Shown: positions 16,680 to 26,949 of the stretch, one piece after another | Layout: every line of letters starts with the position of its first letter | Numbering within the stretch: the first letter of the stretch is position 1 | Program-made: the position numbers and the translations under genes | Notes under the pieces: model-generated | What the model was told of the DNA's origin: nothing | The model's input: only the letters and a program-made list of their open reading frames with translations | Database searches by the model: none | Assembly (NCBI GenBank): GCA_051005875.1 | Contig: JBPCIX010000021.1 | Location: 5,783 to 69,782, forward strand | From: Actinomycetota bacterium | GTDB taxonomy: Bacteria; Actinomycetota; CADDZG01; JAHWKV01 | DNA: 64,000 nt | Direction: 5' to 3'

Positions 16680-18455
16680 TCAAGATACGTAGAGAGTTGC
16701 CTCACGGCCTTTGCGAACAGTCGCTCCCGGCAGGGGGTCTTGAGCCAATACCTTGTTGCCACCGCATGTCGCCTCTCCGCCCCCGGACGACGTGACTTTT
16801 ACCGCCAGCCCCTGCGCTGCGAGCACCCCCCGTGCTTCGGAACACGCCTTGCCTTTTAAGTCCGGCATTGCAACGGGCTGCGGGCCTTTGCTCACCGAGA
16901 GGCGGACATCGGTACCCTGCAGCGCCATTTCGCCGGACTTGGGCGCTTGAAAAACCACCTGGCCGGCCGGGGCATCGCTGAAAGCGTCCTGCCGAGAAAC
17001 GGTGAACCCTTTTTGGACCAGGGCGGCCGAAGCCTCGTCATACTTTTTGCCGACGGTCTCGGGTAGGGGAAGATTTTCAGGCCCGCTCGAAACCACCAGG
17101 TTGACGGGGTCGTCGCGGCGAACCCTGCCGGGCTTGGGTGTCTGGTCAAGCACAATTCCCGCCGCCTGCCGGTCGTGGCGCTCCTCAATTTTGCCAAGGG
17201 ACAGCCCGCTTGCAGAAATCTGACGCTTCGCGGCGTTTAGGTCCAGGCCGGTCACCGAGGGAGCATCAGTAAGTTGCGGGCCCGCGCTCACAACAACCTT
17301 CACCTTGCCATCCTTCAATACCCAACCGCCCTGTCCCGGGCTCGTCTTGATCACCGACCCCTTGGGGGCGTCTGAAAAACTTTCAGCGAAAACGGGAGTC
17401 AGCCTGCTATTTACAAGTGTTTTGCTCGCCACGTTTCGGGGCAAACCGGCTATATCGGGGACCAGAGCCGGCCGGAAGAAAAAGCCGGCAGCCCCCAAAC
17501 CGACTGCCAGCAGCAGGAGCACGGCACGGCGGAAGGATCGTTTGCGCTTTTTTTGCTCCACCATCACCGTTGCCAGGGTGTCGGGCGATACATCTCCGGT
17601 GACCTCGCCCGTTAGGTCTGCAAGCGGAGGGGAACCCGGCAACGAAGCGCCGGCTGATATCAATTCCCTTCGCATCTCGGACGCCGAAGGGTATCGGTCC
17701 TTGGCCTCAGGCGCAGTCGCCCGCAGAATTATTGGATCCAAAGACGCGGTGCCGGGCTCCTGAATAGACGGCGCCGGCACCCGGTCGGTCAGGTGCTGGT
17801 GCAAGATGCTGACGGCATCGCCTTCATATGGCATCGAGCCGGTCAAAAGTTCGTAGAACACGCAGCCGGCCGAGTAAAGATCGGTCCGGCCGTCAATTTC
17901 GGCCCCCTTGGCCTGCTCGGGCGCCGCGTATGCGACGGTTCCCATCAGGCTGCCTGTTAATCCCGCGGCCTCGACCAGCCGGGCAATTCCGAAATCGGTA
18001 ACCTTTACGGTGCCGTCGACGGCTACCAGGATGTTCTCGGGCTTTATATCCCGGTGAACCAGTCCCTTGTCGTGCGCGGCGGCAAGGCCTGCCAAAATTT
18101 GGACCATCGCGTCGCATGCCTGCGCGGGCTCGAGGGGGCCGGCAGCGAGGATCTGACGAAGAGTGCGGCCCCGCACGTACTCCATGACCATGTAATAAGC
18201 GTCGTCTTCCTCGCCCCAATCGTGTACTTGCACGACATTCGGGTGAGAAACGCGCGCCGTGGCCTGGGCCTCAGCCCGGAAGCGTTCGACAACTCCGGGC
18301 TGGAGATGCATCCCAACCGGCAGAACCTTTAAGGCTACTGTCCGACCCAGCGTTGAGTCGCGGGCCCGAAGCACTTCGCCCATACCGCCCGAGCCAATTC
18401 GCCCGGTTATGACGTATCGGTCGCCAAAAGACTGTCTCGCCTCCATCGTTTTCAT
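16680..18455 (-). CDS. PASTA-domain Ser/Thr protein kinase (PknB/PknL-like)
   Basis: GSGGMG, VALK, HRDIKPEN, DFG, APE; TM helix; repeated PASTA units. Confidence 0.93.
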   Translation of the reverse strand: MKTMEARQSFGDRYVITGRIGSGGMGEVLRARDSTLGRTVALKVLPVGMHLQPGVVERFRAEAQATARVSHPNVVQVHDWGEEDDAYYMVMEYVRGRTLRQILAAGPLEPAQACDAMVQILAGLAAAHDKGLVHRDIKPENILVAVDGTVKVTDFGIARLVEAAGLTGSLMGTVAYAAPEQAKGAEIDGRTDLYSAGCVFYELLTGSMPYEGDAVSILHQHLTDRVPAPSIQEPGTASLDPIILRATAPEAKDRYPSASEMRRELISAGASLPGSPPLADLTGEVTGDVSPDTLATVMVEQKKRKRSFRRAVLLLLAVGLGAAGFFFRPALVPDIAGLPRNVASKTLVNSRLTPVFAESFSDAPKGSVIKTSPGQGGWVLKDGKVKVVVSAGPQLTDAPSVTGLDLNAAKRQISASGLSLGKIEERHDRQAAGIVLDQTPKPGRVRRDDPVNLVVSSGPENLPLPETVGKKYDEASAALVQKGFTVSRQDAFSDAPAGQVVFQAPKSGEMALQGTDVRLSVSKGPQPVAMPDLKGKACSEARGVLAAQGLAVKVTSSGGGEATCGGNKVLAQDPLPGATVRKGREATLYVS

Positions 18456-18457
18456 AC

Positions 18458-18934
18458 TTATCCGCCGCTGTGATATTTGCGCAAGTGATCGTCGTAACGA
18501 GTTTGCAAGAGGGATGATTTTTGCTCGACGGCCCCGATCCTTCCACTAAACGAGTCCACCTTGGTTGAAAGGGCCGACACCTTGGAGCTTAAATCGTCGG
18601 CCTTCTTCTTCAAATCGGCAGTCGCGCTCGTCGAGGAATTAACCTTGCCGTCGAAGTCTTCGACCTTGGCTTTTAGATCGGTCAGATCGCTTTGCAGGGT
18701 GGTGACCTGTCCCGACATTCCTTTTTCTTTGGTTTCGACCGCCGCCACCCGGCTTGCAACGCCGGCCACCTCGCCAACGGACGTCTCGACTTTACGAAGC
18801 CGCACATCGGTTCCGTCGGACCGGGCGCAAGCGCCCAGCACGGCTAAAGCGACGATCGGACCCAGCACCATGCACGTGCGACGTAGTTTCAACTTCAATC
18901 CAATCAACCTAGACACCTCCACCTTTTCGACCAT
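18458..18934 (-). CDS. coiled-coil lipoprotein, hypothetical
   Basis: Lipobox LGAC followed by a heptad-rich helix. Confidence 0.7.
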   Translation of the reverse strand: MVEKVEVSRLIGLKLKLRRTCMVLGPIVALAVLGACARSDGTDVRLRKVETSVGEVAGVASRVAAVETKEKGMSGQVTTLQSDLTDLKAKVEDFDGKVNSSTSATADLKKKADDLSSKVSALSTKVDSFSGRIGAVEQKSSLLQTRYDDHLRKYHSGG

Positions 18935-19015
18935 CTGATGATTAAGGTACCGTCTTGCCTGCGAATAATTGCGGATATTGCAGCGTGGAAGGTTCGGGGC
19001 TCCTAGCGTGGTGTC

Positions 19016-20098
19016 CTATTTGTTGAAGCGGTCTCTAAGAGCCATAACGGAATTCACGTACCGCTGAGTGCCTGGAGAAACTCCATTTTGCCAGACCGAA
19101 CGCAGACCCTGGAAATATCCAGCCACTGCGGTCCGCTCGTCACCCCCGGTCTTAGAAAGGTAATAAGCAAAGAAGCGAATTCCGGCCTTCACGTTTTGTT
19201 CCCTGTCGTTAAGGTTGACCGGCTCCTTCAGCAGCTGCCGTGAGATGAATTCTCCGGTCTGGGGCATCACCTGCATAATGCCGATTGCACCCGCCGAGCT
19301 GACGACATGTTGCTTCCAGCCAGATTCCTGCCAGGCCAAACCCTTCATTAGGGCCGGCTGGACGCCGTACTTTTCGCTGTATAACTGGATGAGGTCTTCC
19401 ACGCCGGCAGGCAGCGCAGAAGGAACGGTCGTTACCGGGGGCTTCGCAGGGAGAGCCGGCGGAAGAACCGGAACCGGGATGCTTGCCGCCGGGGGTATAA
19501 CCGGGGGCGCGGCTTGCGGCGGGGCGCCAGCCACCTTTAGTACCGCGGGGGCGGGAACATTCAGCATTTGCCCGACCCTGACAAGGCTTGGATTCTTAAT
19601 TTGATTAAGAGCCACCAGGTTTTGCACCGTGGTGCGATATCTGGAGGCAATCCGAGTCAAGTTTTCACCCGGGGCCACCCGGTGCTGAATCGTCCCCTGC
19701 GCCGGTCCGGCCAACCCTACCGGGGTCACCGGCGGTACGCCGCCGGGTATCTGCAAAAGACGTCCAACGCGGATTAGGTTGACGTTGCGGATACCGTTTG
19801 CTGCGGCAATAGCCCTCATGCTGACGCCATACTTGCTAGCAATTTTTGACAGGCTGTCACCCCGGGCCACCGTATATGCGGCATCGGCAAGGCCCGACAG
19901 GCCTAAAACCACTACTAGACCTAAAGCCCCAGCTTTGTGCCAAACCTTGCTATGTCCAACCTTGCCTTCAAGTGCTAACTGGCCTTCAAGTGCTAACTGG
20001 CCTTCAAGTGCTAACTGCTCTACCCGGCGCGGCCGAGAACGTGAGACCCCTCTGCTGACATAACTCAAGCCGGAGCCAAGCATGTCGTTTTCAGTCAT
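19016..20098 (-). CDS. LysM x2 + lytic transglycosylase (SLT) protein
   Basis: YTVARGDSLSKIA and HRVAPGENLTRIA LysM motifs; WQES catalytic Glu; AIGIMQVMP. Confidence 0.92.
   Translation of the reverse strand: MTENDMLGSGLSYVSRGVSRSRPRRVEQLALEGQLALEGQLALEGKVGHSKVWHKAGALGLVVVLGLSGLADAAYTVARGDSLSKIASKYGVSMRAIAAANGIRNVNLIRVGRLLQIPGGVPPVTPVGLAGPAQGTIQHRVAPGENLTRIASRYRTTVQNLVALNQIKNPSLVRVGQMLNVPAPAVLKVAGAPPQAAPPVIPPAASIPVPVLPPALPAKPPVTTVPSALPAGVEDLIQLYSEKYGVQPALMKGLAWQESGWKQHVVSSAGAIGIMQVMPQTGEFISRQLLKEPVNLNDREQNVKAGIRFFAYYLSKTGGDERTAVAGYFQGLRSVWQNGVSPGTQRYVNSVMALRDRFNK
19964..20017. repeat. 18-bp x3 perfect tandem repeat (QLALEG x3)
   Basis: GCCTTCAAGTGCTAACTG x3, in the N-terminal extension of the LysM-SLT gene. 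Confidence 0.95.
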
Positions 20099-20374
20099 GC
20101 TTTTCTCCGTTCATTAAATTGTGGCGGCAACCTCGTTTACACTACGGTCGCCAGCCTGTATCGTCACACAGGCCACCGAGCTTAACAACTCTTTGCAAAA
20201 CTAACAAGCTCTGATTGAGATTGATTGAGCTAAAGCTAACGTTTAGGTTTAGCTTTCTCGCCTGGCTTGAGGGGCAGCTCCGGCCACTAAGTACCCGTCA
20301 ACCGCAGCTTGTTGACAGCTTCGGGTTATTACTTCACACTAGGTTTATCCGTTTTTGCTATGGAGCTTAGGTAA

Positions 20375-20434
20375 ATGTCGCAGACGAATGGGAGAACCTC
20401 CGAGGTCCTGGACCTTACCCTCGTACTGCGGTAG
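20375..20434 (+). CDS. ilv operon leader peptide
   Basis: MSQTNGRTSEVLDLTLVLR*, with a Val/Leu cluster just before the attenuator hairpins. Confidence 0.7.
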   Translation: MSQTNGRTSEVLDLTLVLR

Positions 20435-20487
20435 CGCGCGCTGGTTTTCCGGCGTGCGCTACAAAGCCTCTCGAAAGAGAGGTTTTT
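20431..20487 (+). terminator. attenuator: pause hairpin plus intrinsic terminator
   Basis: GTAGCGCGCGCTGG/CCGGCGTGCGCTAC, then CCTCTC-GAAA-GAGAGG-TTTTT, ~90 nt before ilvB. Confidence 0.8.
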
Positions 20488-20579
20488 AGTTTCTCCGGCA
20501 AAATCACTGAGCGCTTCCGAAGCCCTGTAACCCTATTTGCGGGCAGTAACCTTAAAAGGAAGTGAGGCAAATAAAAAAG

Positions 20580-22406
20580 ATGAGCCAATCAAATGGCAGC
20601 GGATCACAGAAGGTGACCGGCGCCCAAGCGCTGATGCGCGCTTTGGAGGCGGCCGGAGTCACCGATATCTTTGGAATCCCCGGCGGGGCCATCCTGCCCG
20701 CCTACGATCCCCTGCTGGATTCCTCCATTCGCCATATCTTGACCCGCCATGAGCAAGGCGCCGCCCACGCTGCCGACGGCTTTGCCCAAGCATCGGGCAG
20801 AGTTGGGTGTTGTTGGGCCACGTCGGGCCCGGGGGCGACGAACCTTGTCACCGGCCTGGCGTCTTCGTATCTCGACTCGATTCCGGTTGTTGCGGTTACC
20901 GGCCAGGTGCCCCGCGCCGCAATCGGCGGCGACGCCTTCCAGGAGACCGACGCTACGGGAATCACCGTTCCGGTCACTAAACACAACTACCTGGTCATGG
21001 AGCCCGAGGACATCCCTTATACCATCGCCGAGGCGTTCCACGTCGCCGGCACCGGCAGGCCCGGCCCTGTGTTGGTGGACATCCCCAAGGACGTCCTGCA
21101 ATCCGAAATGAGCTACCGCGATGCGGGCCCCATCGACATGCCCGGCTACCAGCCGGTAGCCAAGCCCAACTCACGCCAAATAGCAGCCGCCGCAAAGTTA
21201 ATCATGGCCTCAAAGCGGCCGGTCATTTATGCCGGCGGCGGGTGCATAAAGGCAGGGGCGTCTGACGCCCTCAAGCGCTTGGCGGAGCTGACGGGAATTC
21301 ATGTTGTCACCACCTTGATGGCCAGAGGCATAATTTCCGATGACCATCCTTTGTGCCTCGGGATGCCCGGGATGCACGGCAATTACGCTGCGGTCACGTC
21401 GATGCAGAAATCGGATCTGTTGATCGCCCTCGCCCCAAGGTTCGACGACCGAGTCACCGGCAAGGTGAGCGCTTTTGCTCCAGAAGCCAAGGTCATCCAT
21501 GCCGACATCGACCCGGCAGAAATCGGCAAGATCCGCGCGGTCGATGTTCCCATCGTCGGCGACGCCAAGGCGGTGATCGAAGAATTGACCAAGGCCTTGC
21601 AGGCGGAAATCGCCCAATCGGGCGCTGCCGATTACACGGCCTGGACCAATGAACTGCAGGACTGGCAAAAGCGCTTTCCCTATCGTTACACTCAGCAACC
21701 TGACGGGCCGATCAAGCCGCAATATGCCATCGAGAGAATCGCCCACGCCACCGGCGGCAACGCAATTTTTGCAGCCGGTGTCGGCCAGCATCAAATGTGG
21801 GCTTCACAGTTTATTCGCTTTCAGCGCCCCAGGACCTGGCTGAATTCAGGCGGCCTAGGCGCAATGGGGTATGGAGTTCCGGCCGCGATGGGGGCCAAAG
21901 TCGCCATGCCGGGCGAAGAGGTCTGGTGCATCGACGGCGACGGCTGTTTCCAGATGACCTGTCAGGAACTGGCCACCATGACCGTTGAAAAAATCCCCGT
22001 GAAGATCGGCATCATGAACAACGGTTACCTCGGTATGGTTCGCCAATGGCAGGAACTTTTCTACGACAAGCGATATTCGGAAGTGGAATTCGGCTTTGAA
22101 GTTCCCGACTACGTCAAGCTGGCCGAGGCTTACGGCTGTGTCGGCTTGAGGGTTGATTCGCCTGATGAAGTCGACGCTGTTATTGAAAAAGCCCGGGGCA
22201 TAGACGACCGAACCGTCGTGATCGACTTTAGGTGCGATCCGGCCGAGATGTGCTTCCCAATGGTCCCTGCGGGCGCCTCAAATGACGATATCGTGCTCGG
22301 GCCCGAATTCGAGACGGCGCACGTAACTGATGAAGAGGGCACCCTCGGGGAATCCATGCTCGAAAACCTGCCCAAAATCGACTCCGAATCAAAGTCAACG
22401 TTTTGA
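20580..22406 (+). CDS. ilvB: acetolactate synthase large subunit
   Basis: RHEQGA, SGPGATN, TPP motif GDGCFQM...NNG. Confidence 0.97.
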   Translation: MSQSNGSGSQKVTGAQALMRALEAAGVTDIFGIPGGAILPAYDPLLDSSIRHILTRHEQGAAHAADGFAQASGRVGCCWATSGPGATNLVTGLASSYLDSIPVVAVTGQVPRAAIGGDAFQETDATGITVPVTKHNYLVMEPEDIPYTIAEAFHVAGTGRPGPVLVDIPKDVLQSEMSYRDAGPIDMPGYQPVAKPNSRQIAAAAKLIMASKRPVIYAGGGCIKAGASDALKRLAELTGIHVVTTLMARGIISDDHPLCLGMPGMHGNYAAVTSMQKSDLLIALAPRFDDRVTGKVSAFAPEAKVIHADIDPAEIGKIRAVDVPIVGDAKAVIEELTKALQAEIAQSGAADYTAWTNELQDWQKRFPYRYTQQPDGPIKPQYAIERIAHATGGNAIFAAGVGQHQMWASQFIRFQRPRTWLNSGGLGAMGYGVPAAMGAKVAMPGEEVWCIDGDGCFQMTCQELATMTVEKIPVKIGIMNNGYLGMVRQWQELFYDKRYSEVEFGFEVPDYVKLAEAYGCVGLRVDSPDEVDAVIEKARGIDDRTVVIDFRCDPAEMCFPMVPAGASNDDIVLGPEFETAHVTDEEGTLGESMLENLPKIDSESKSTF

Positions 22407-22452
22407 GCCTCCGCGTGGGGTTGGGGGGAAGTCGGGGGGTGTCCCCCCGACT

Positions 22453-22965
22453 GTGAAACACACGATTGCGGTTCTGGTCGAAAACAAGCCTGGGGTTTTG
22501 TTCAGGGTCTCGGGGCTGTTCGCGAGGCGCGGATTCAACATCCACTCGCTCGCGGTGGGCACCACCGAGAATCCAAAAGTCTCGCGGATGACAATTGTCG
22601 TCGACCTGCCCGAGCGCCCGCTTGAGCATGTAACCAAGCAGCTCTACAAGCTGATCAACGTCTTGAAGGTAATCGAGCTGGAGCCCGGAGATTCAATCGA
22701 GCGCGAGATGATGTTGATCAAGGTCCGGGCCACTTCCGATACGAGGGCTCAAATTATCGAGCTGGTCGAGGTTTTTAGGGCCAAGATCGTCGATGTTGGC
22801 AACGAGGCCATGGCGATTGAAGTAACCGGCTCGCCCGAAAAAATCCAGGCTTTTGAAACGCTCATTGATTCGTACGGAATTGTCGAGATGGTTAAGACGG
22901 GGCGGATCGGCCTGACCCGCGGGGCAAAAGGTATCGCGGACCGAACCTTAAAAGTGGCCGGTTAA
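22453..22965 (+). CDS. ilvN: acetolactate synthase small subunit
   Basis: GTG start; VENKPGVLFRVSGLFARRGFNIHSL ACT domain. Confidence 0.96.
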   Translation: MKHTIAVLVENKPGVLFRVSGLFARRGFNIHSLAVGTTENPKVSRMTIVVDLPERPLEHVTKQLYKLINVLKVIELEPGDSIEREMMLIKVRATSDTRAQIIELVEVFRAKIVDVGNEAMAIEVTGSPEKIQAFETLIDSYGIVEMVKTGRIGLTRGAKGIADRTLKVAG

Positions 22966-22999
22966 TGCTTAAACAAACTCATTTGAAGGAGACTTTATA

Positions 23000-23995
23000 G
23001 TGGCAGCTACTACTTATTACGAAAAAGATGTTGATGCTTCAGTTCTCAAGAATCGCCCAATTGCCATTCTTGGTTTTGGATCACAGGGCCATGCCCATGC
23101 CATGAACCTGGCCGATTCGGGGTTTGATGTTCGAGTCGGCCTTCGCGAGGGCTCGTCTTCGTGGGAGAAGGCGGAGCGCGCCGGCCTCCGGGTTCTCGAG
23201 ACTGCCAAGGCGGTTGCCGACGCGGAGGTGACCATGGTGTTGCTGCCCGATCAGACAACCAAAGAAGCCTACGACGAGGCAATCGGACCGAATTTGTCGC
23301 CGGGTGGCGCCATTGCGTTTGCGCATGGCTTTAACATTCACTTCGGGCGCATCGCACCGCATGCGGAGGTTGATGTTTTCATGGTCGCGCCGAAGGGCCC
23401 CGGTCACCTGGTGAGGCGAACCTATACCGAGGGGATCGGCACTCCTGCCTTGATCGCTGTTAATCAAGATGCGAGCGGCAAGGCTAAAGCCACGGCTTTG
23501 GCCTACGCGTACGGCATCGGAGCGGCTCGCGCCGGGCTGATCGAGACCACTTTTGCCGAGGAGACCGAGACCGATCTGTTCGGCGAACAGGCCGTACTAT
23601 GCGGCGGACTGACGCGCCTCATCACCTCAGGCTTCGAGACTCTGGTCGACGCCGGCTACCAGCCCGAGATTGCATATTTCGAGTGTTTGCACGAGGTCAA
23701 GCTGATCGTCGACCTGATCTACGAAGGGGGCCTGGCAAAAATGCGGGACTCCATTTCAGACACGGCGGAATACGGCGACTTGACCCGCGGCGACAAGATA
23801 GTTACCGACGAAACCCGTGTGGCAATGCGAAAAGTTCTCTCTGACATCCAGGATGGGTCCTTCGCCAAGGAATGGGTGGCTGAGGCTGAAGCGGGCTCGC
23901 CTAAGTTCAACGAGTTGCGCCGCCAAGCCGCCGAACATCCAGTTGAAAAGGTCGGCGCAAAATTGCGGGCCATGATGCCGTGGCTGCAAAAATGA
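23000..23995 (+). CDS. ilvC: ketol-acid reductoisomerase
   Basis: [10 protein letters not shown]; [16 protein letters not shown]. Confidence 0.97.
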   Translation: MAATTYYEKDVDASVLKNRPIAILGFGSQGHAHAMNLADSGFDVRVGLREGSSSWEKAERAGLRVLETAKAVADAEVTMVLLPDQTTKEAYDEAIGPNLSPGGAIAFAHGFNIHFGRIAPHAEVDVFMVAPKGPGHLVRRTYTEGIGTPALIAVNQDASGKAKATALAYAYGIGAARAGLIETTFAEETETDLFGEQAVLCGGLTRLITSGFETLVDAGYQPEIAYFECLHEVKLIVDLIYEGGLAKMRDSISDTAEYGDLTRGDKIVTDETRVAMRKVLSDIQDGSFAKEWVAEAEAGSPKFNELRRQAAEHPVEKVGAKLRAMMPWLQK

Positions 23996-24054
23996 CCCTT
24001 TCTACTTTAGGAAGCCTCCTCCTCACGAGGCTCCGAGCCCTCCCGGCGTCCTAA
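23992..24054 (+). CDS. leu leader peptide, translationally coupled to ilvC
   Basis: [20 protein letters not shown] (6 Leu, CTC x3). The ATG overlaps the ilvC TGA. Confidence 0.7.
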   Translation: MTLSTLGSLLLTRLRALPAS

Positions 24055-24124
24055 CGGACCGGATGCGGCTCGGGGCAGCGGATAGCGCCGAGCAGCATTC
24101 TTTTCAGCCAGGAGGATCAATAAA

Positions 24125-25663
24125 ATGAAAACAAACAGCGACGTAGTAAGAATTTTCGACACCACGCTCAGAGATGGGGAGCAATCCCCCGGCATCAATC
24201 TGTCGGCCAAGGAAAAGGTCGAAATCGGCACGCAGTTGGCGCACCTGGGAGTCGACATCATCGAGGCCGGCTTTCCTATCAACTCCGATGCCGAGTTCCA
24301 CGCTGTGCGCGAAGTGGCCGCGAACGTAAAGGGCGCCGTAATTTGTGGCCTGGCCCGAATGAGTTTCGGCGATATCGACAGAGCGTGGGAAGCAATCCGC
24401 GACGCCGCCAAAACCAGGATCCACGTGTTCATAGCGACATCGCAGATCCATATGGAAAAGAAGCTGAAGATGACTCCCGACGAGGTCTTTACTTCCGCTG
24501 TAGCGGGGGTCGAGCGATCAAAGGGATACACCGACGATGTCGAGTTCTCAGCCGAGGACGCAACGCGAAGCGATCCGGACTTTCTGGTACGCATATACAA
24601 CGCAGCCATCAAGGCGGGCGCTACAACCTGCAACGTGCCCGACACAGTCGGCTACGCGCTTCCCCATGAGTATGCAGGGCTGTTCACTTACCTGATCGAA
24701 AACTGTGAGGGGGGCGATTCGGTAATTTGGTCAACCCACACCCACCAGGATCTGGGGCTGGCCGTGGCCAACGCCCTGGCCGGAGTGCAAGCCGGCGCCC
24801 GTCAGGTTGAGGGGGCCATGAACGCCATCGGTGAGCGCGCCGGCAATTGCTCGGTGGAAGAAGTGATCATGGCCATCAAGACCCGGGGGTCATCGCTCGG
24901 AGGAGTAACCACCAAGGCCGACTCAAAGCAAATCGTCAGAACCTCGCGGCTGGTTTCGGCCCTGACCGGCTACCAGGTCCCGCCTAACAAGGCCATTGTC
25001 GGGGCAAATGCGTTCGCCCACGAAGCCGGCATACATCAGCACGGAGTGTTGATGGAGCGCACCACCTACGAAATCATGGAGGCCGAATCAGTAGGCTGGG
25101 ATTCCAACCGAATCGTGTTGGGCAAACACTCCGGCCGGCATGCCTTCGCCAACAACCTGTCGGAATTGGGATTTCAACTGACCGCTCACGATCTGGATAG
25201 AGCCTGGTCTCGCTTTCGTGAGCTTGTCGACCGAAAGGTGCAATTGACTGAAGCCGATTTGGTTGCCATTGTGACCGACGAGCTGGGAACCTCAGACCAA
25301 GAATACGTTCTGGAATCCATTCAGGTTGCAGGCGGCACGCACCTTTCTCCCACCGCCACCGTCCGGGTCAGCCGAAACGGCGACGTTGTCGAGGAGTCGG
25401 CACACGGTGATGGAATGATCGATGCGACATGCGGCGCAATTCAACGAGCGGTAGGAATGGATTGCAAACTGGTGTCGTTTCACGCAGGGGCGGTCACCGG
25501 TGGCACCGACGCTGTTGGAGAAGTAACAGTTGGCGTTGAGGTCGGGGGCAAGATCTTCACAGGACGAGGGATCTCAACCGATGTCGTCGAGGGCTCAGCC
25601 CGGGCCTTTTTGAACGCGGTCAACCGGTCCTTGACTGGGCCGACAAAGGGGGCAAGCACATGA
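24125..25663 (+). CDS. leuA: 2-isopropylmalate synthase
   Basis: DTTLRDGEQ, HTHQDLG, GERAGN, HEAGIHQ, C-terminal allosteric domain. Confidence 0.96.
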   Translation: MKTNSDVVRIFDTTLRDGEQSPGINLSAKEKVEIGTQLAHLGVDIIEAGFPINSDAEFHAVREVAANVKGAVICGLARMSFGDIDRAWEAIRDAAKTRIHVFIATSQIHMEKKLKMTPDEVFTSAVAGVERSKGYTDDVEFSAEDATRSDPDFLVRIYNAAIKAGATTCNVPDTVGYALPHEYAGLFTYLIENCEGGDSVIWSTHTHQDLGLAVANALAGVQAGARQVEGAMNAIGERAGNCSVEEVIMAIKTRGSSLGGVTTKADSKQIVRTSRLVSALTGYQVPPNKAIVGANAFAHEAGIHQHGVLMERTTYEIMEAESVGWDSNRIVLGKHSGRHAFANNLSELGFQLTAHDLDRAWSRFRELVDRKVQLTEADLVAIVTDELGTSDQEYVLESIQVAGGTHLSPTATVRVSRNGDVVEESAHGDGMIDATCGAIQRAVGMDCKLVSFHAGAVTGGTDAVGEVTVGVEVGGKIFTGRGISTDVVEGSARAFLNAVNRSLTGPTKGAST

Positions 25664-26949
25664 ACTCAATGACGATCACCGAAAAGATTCTGGCTAAGGC
25701 GGCCGGGCGCGAAACAGTTTCGCCGGGGGAACTGATCATGGCCGATGTGGACTTGGCCATGGCCAACGATATAACGGCGCCGCTCGCTATTGAAGCCTTC
25801 GAAAAGATCGGGACGCCCAAGGTCTGGGATCGCGACAAGGTGGCTCTAGTACCTTCGCACTTCATGCCGGCGAAGGACATCGCCTCGGCCAAGATGGGCA
25901 CGCGGATGCGGAACTTTGCCCAGTCGCAGCAGATCACTCACTACTTCGAGGTGGGCCGGTCCGGCATCGAGCACATCTTGCTGCCCGAGCAGGCGTTGGT
26001 GTTGCCCGGTCAAGTTGTGATCGGCGCCGATTCACACTCCTGTACTTACGGCGCTGTCGGCTGCTTTTCAACCGGAGTCGGCTCGACCGACCTGGCAGGA
26101 ATCCTGGCCACCGGCAAGATTTGGCTGAAGGTTCCCGAGACGCTCAGAATCGTCTATTCCGGCAAGCCGCCAAAATGGGTCGTCGGCAAGGATCTCATTT
26201 TGAAAGTCATCTCTGAGATCAGCGATGACGGCGCCTTGTACATGGCGATGGAACACACCGGTGAGACCATGAAATACCTTTCAATGGAGAGCCGGCTGAC
26301 ATTGACTAACATGGCCATCGAAGGAGGCGGGAAGTCCGGCATCGTCCCGCCCGACGAAATAACGCTGGAATATGTTGAGTCGCGCCGCAAAGCCGCCGGG
26401 CGGACGACCCCCTACGAGGTCATGCTCTCCGACGCCGACGCGCATTTCGAGCGGACACTGGAAATCGATGTAAGCAAGTTGGAGCCCATGGTCGCTCAGC
26501 CGTCCTTGCCTTCGAAATCAGTCCCCGTTTCGGAAGTCGAGGGCCAGGAAGTGGACCAGGTTTTTATCGGCAGCTGTACGAACGCTCGCATGGAGGACCT
26601 ACGGGTGGCGGCCGCGCTTTTCAAAGGCCGCAAGGTACACCCGAGCATCCGCCTGATTGTGATCCCGGCAACCCAGGATCTCTACAACCAGGCCAACCGT
26701 GAGGGTCTGATCGAAATCTTCTCGGAAGCAGGCGCGGCGGTGAGCGCTGCTACTTGCGGGCCGTGTCTGGGGGGTTACATGGGCGTACTTGGCCCGGGCG
26801 AGCGATGCCTTTCGACAAGCAACCGCAACTACCGGGGCCGTATGGGCGACCCGACTGCCGAGGTTTGGTTGGCGAATCCGGCTGTAGCAGCAGCTACCGC
26901 AATTACGGGGCGGATTACGCATCCCGAATCGATCGGAGCTTTGGTATGA
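25660..26949 (+). CDS. leuC: 3-isopropylmalate dehydratase large subunit
   Basis: GADSHSC, FIGSCTN, CGPCLG; operon context. Confidence 0.93.
   Translation: MNSMTITEKILAKAAGRETVSPGELIMADVDLAMANDITAPLAIEAFEKIGTPKVWDRDKVALVPSHFMPAKDIASAKMGTRMRNFAQSQQITHYFEVGRSGIEHILLPEQALVLPGQVVIGADSHSCTYGAVGCFSTGVGSTDLAGILATGKIWLKVPETLRIVYSGKPPKWVVGKDLILKVISEISDDGALYMAMEHTGETMKYLSMESRLTLTNMAIEGGGKSGIVPPDEITLEYVESRRKAAGRTTPYEVMLSDADAHFERTLEIDVSKLEPMVAQPSLPSKSVPVSEVEGQEVDQVFIGSCTNARMEDLRVAAALFKGRKVHPSIRLIVIPATQDLYNQANREGLIEIFSEAGAAVSAATCGPCLGGYMGVLGPGERCLSTSNRNYRGRMGDPTAEVWLANPAVAAATAITGRITHPESIGALV

Noticed and set aside
20260-20340. c-di-AMP or c-di-GMP riboswitch upstream of the LysM-SLT gene
   Set aside because: Only isolated words (TGAAG, GGGTACTT) match; the required helices do not form.
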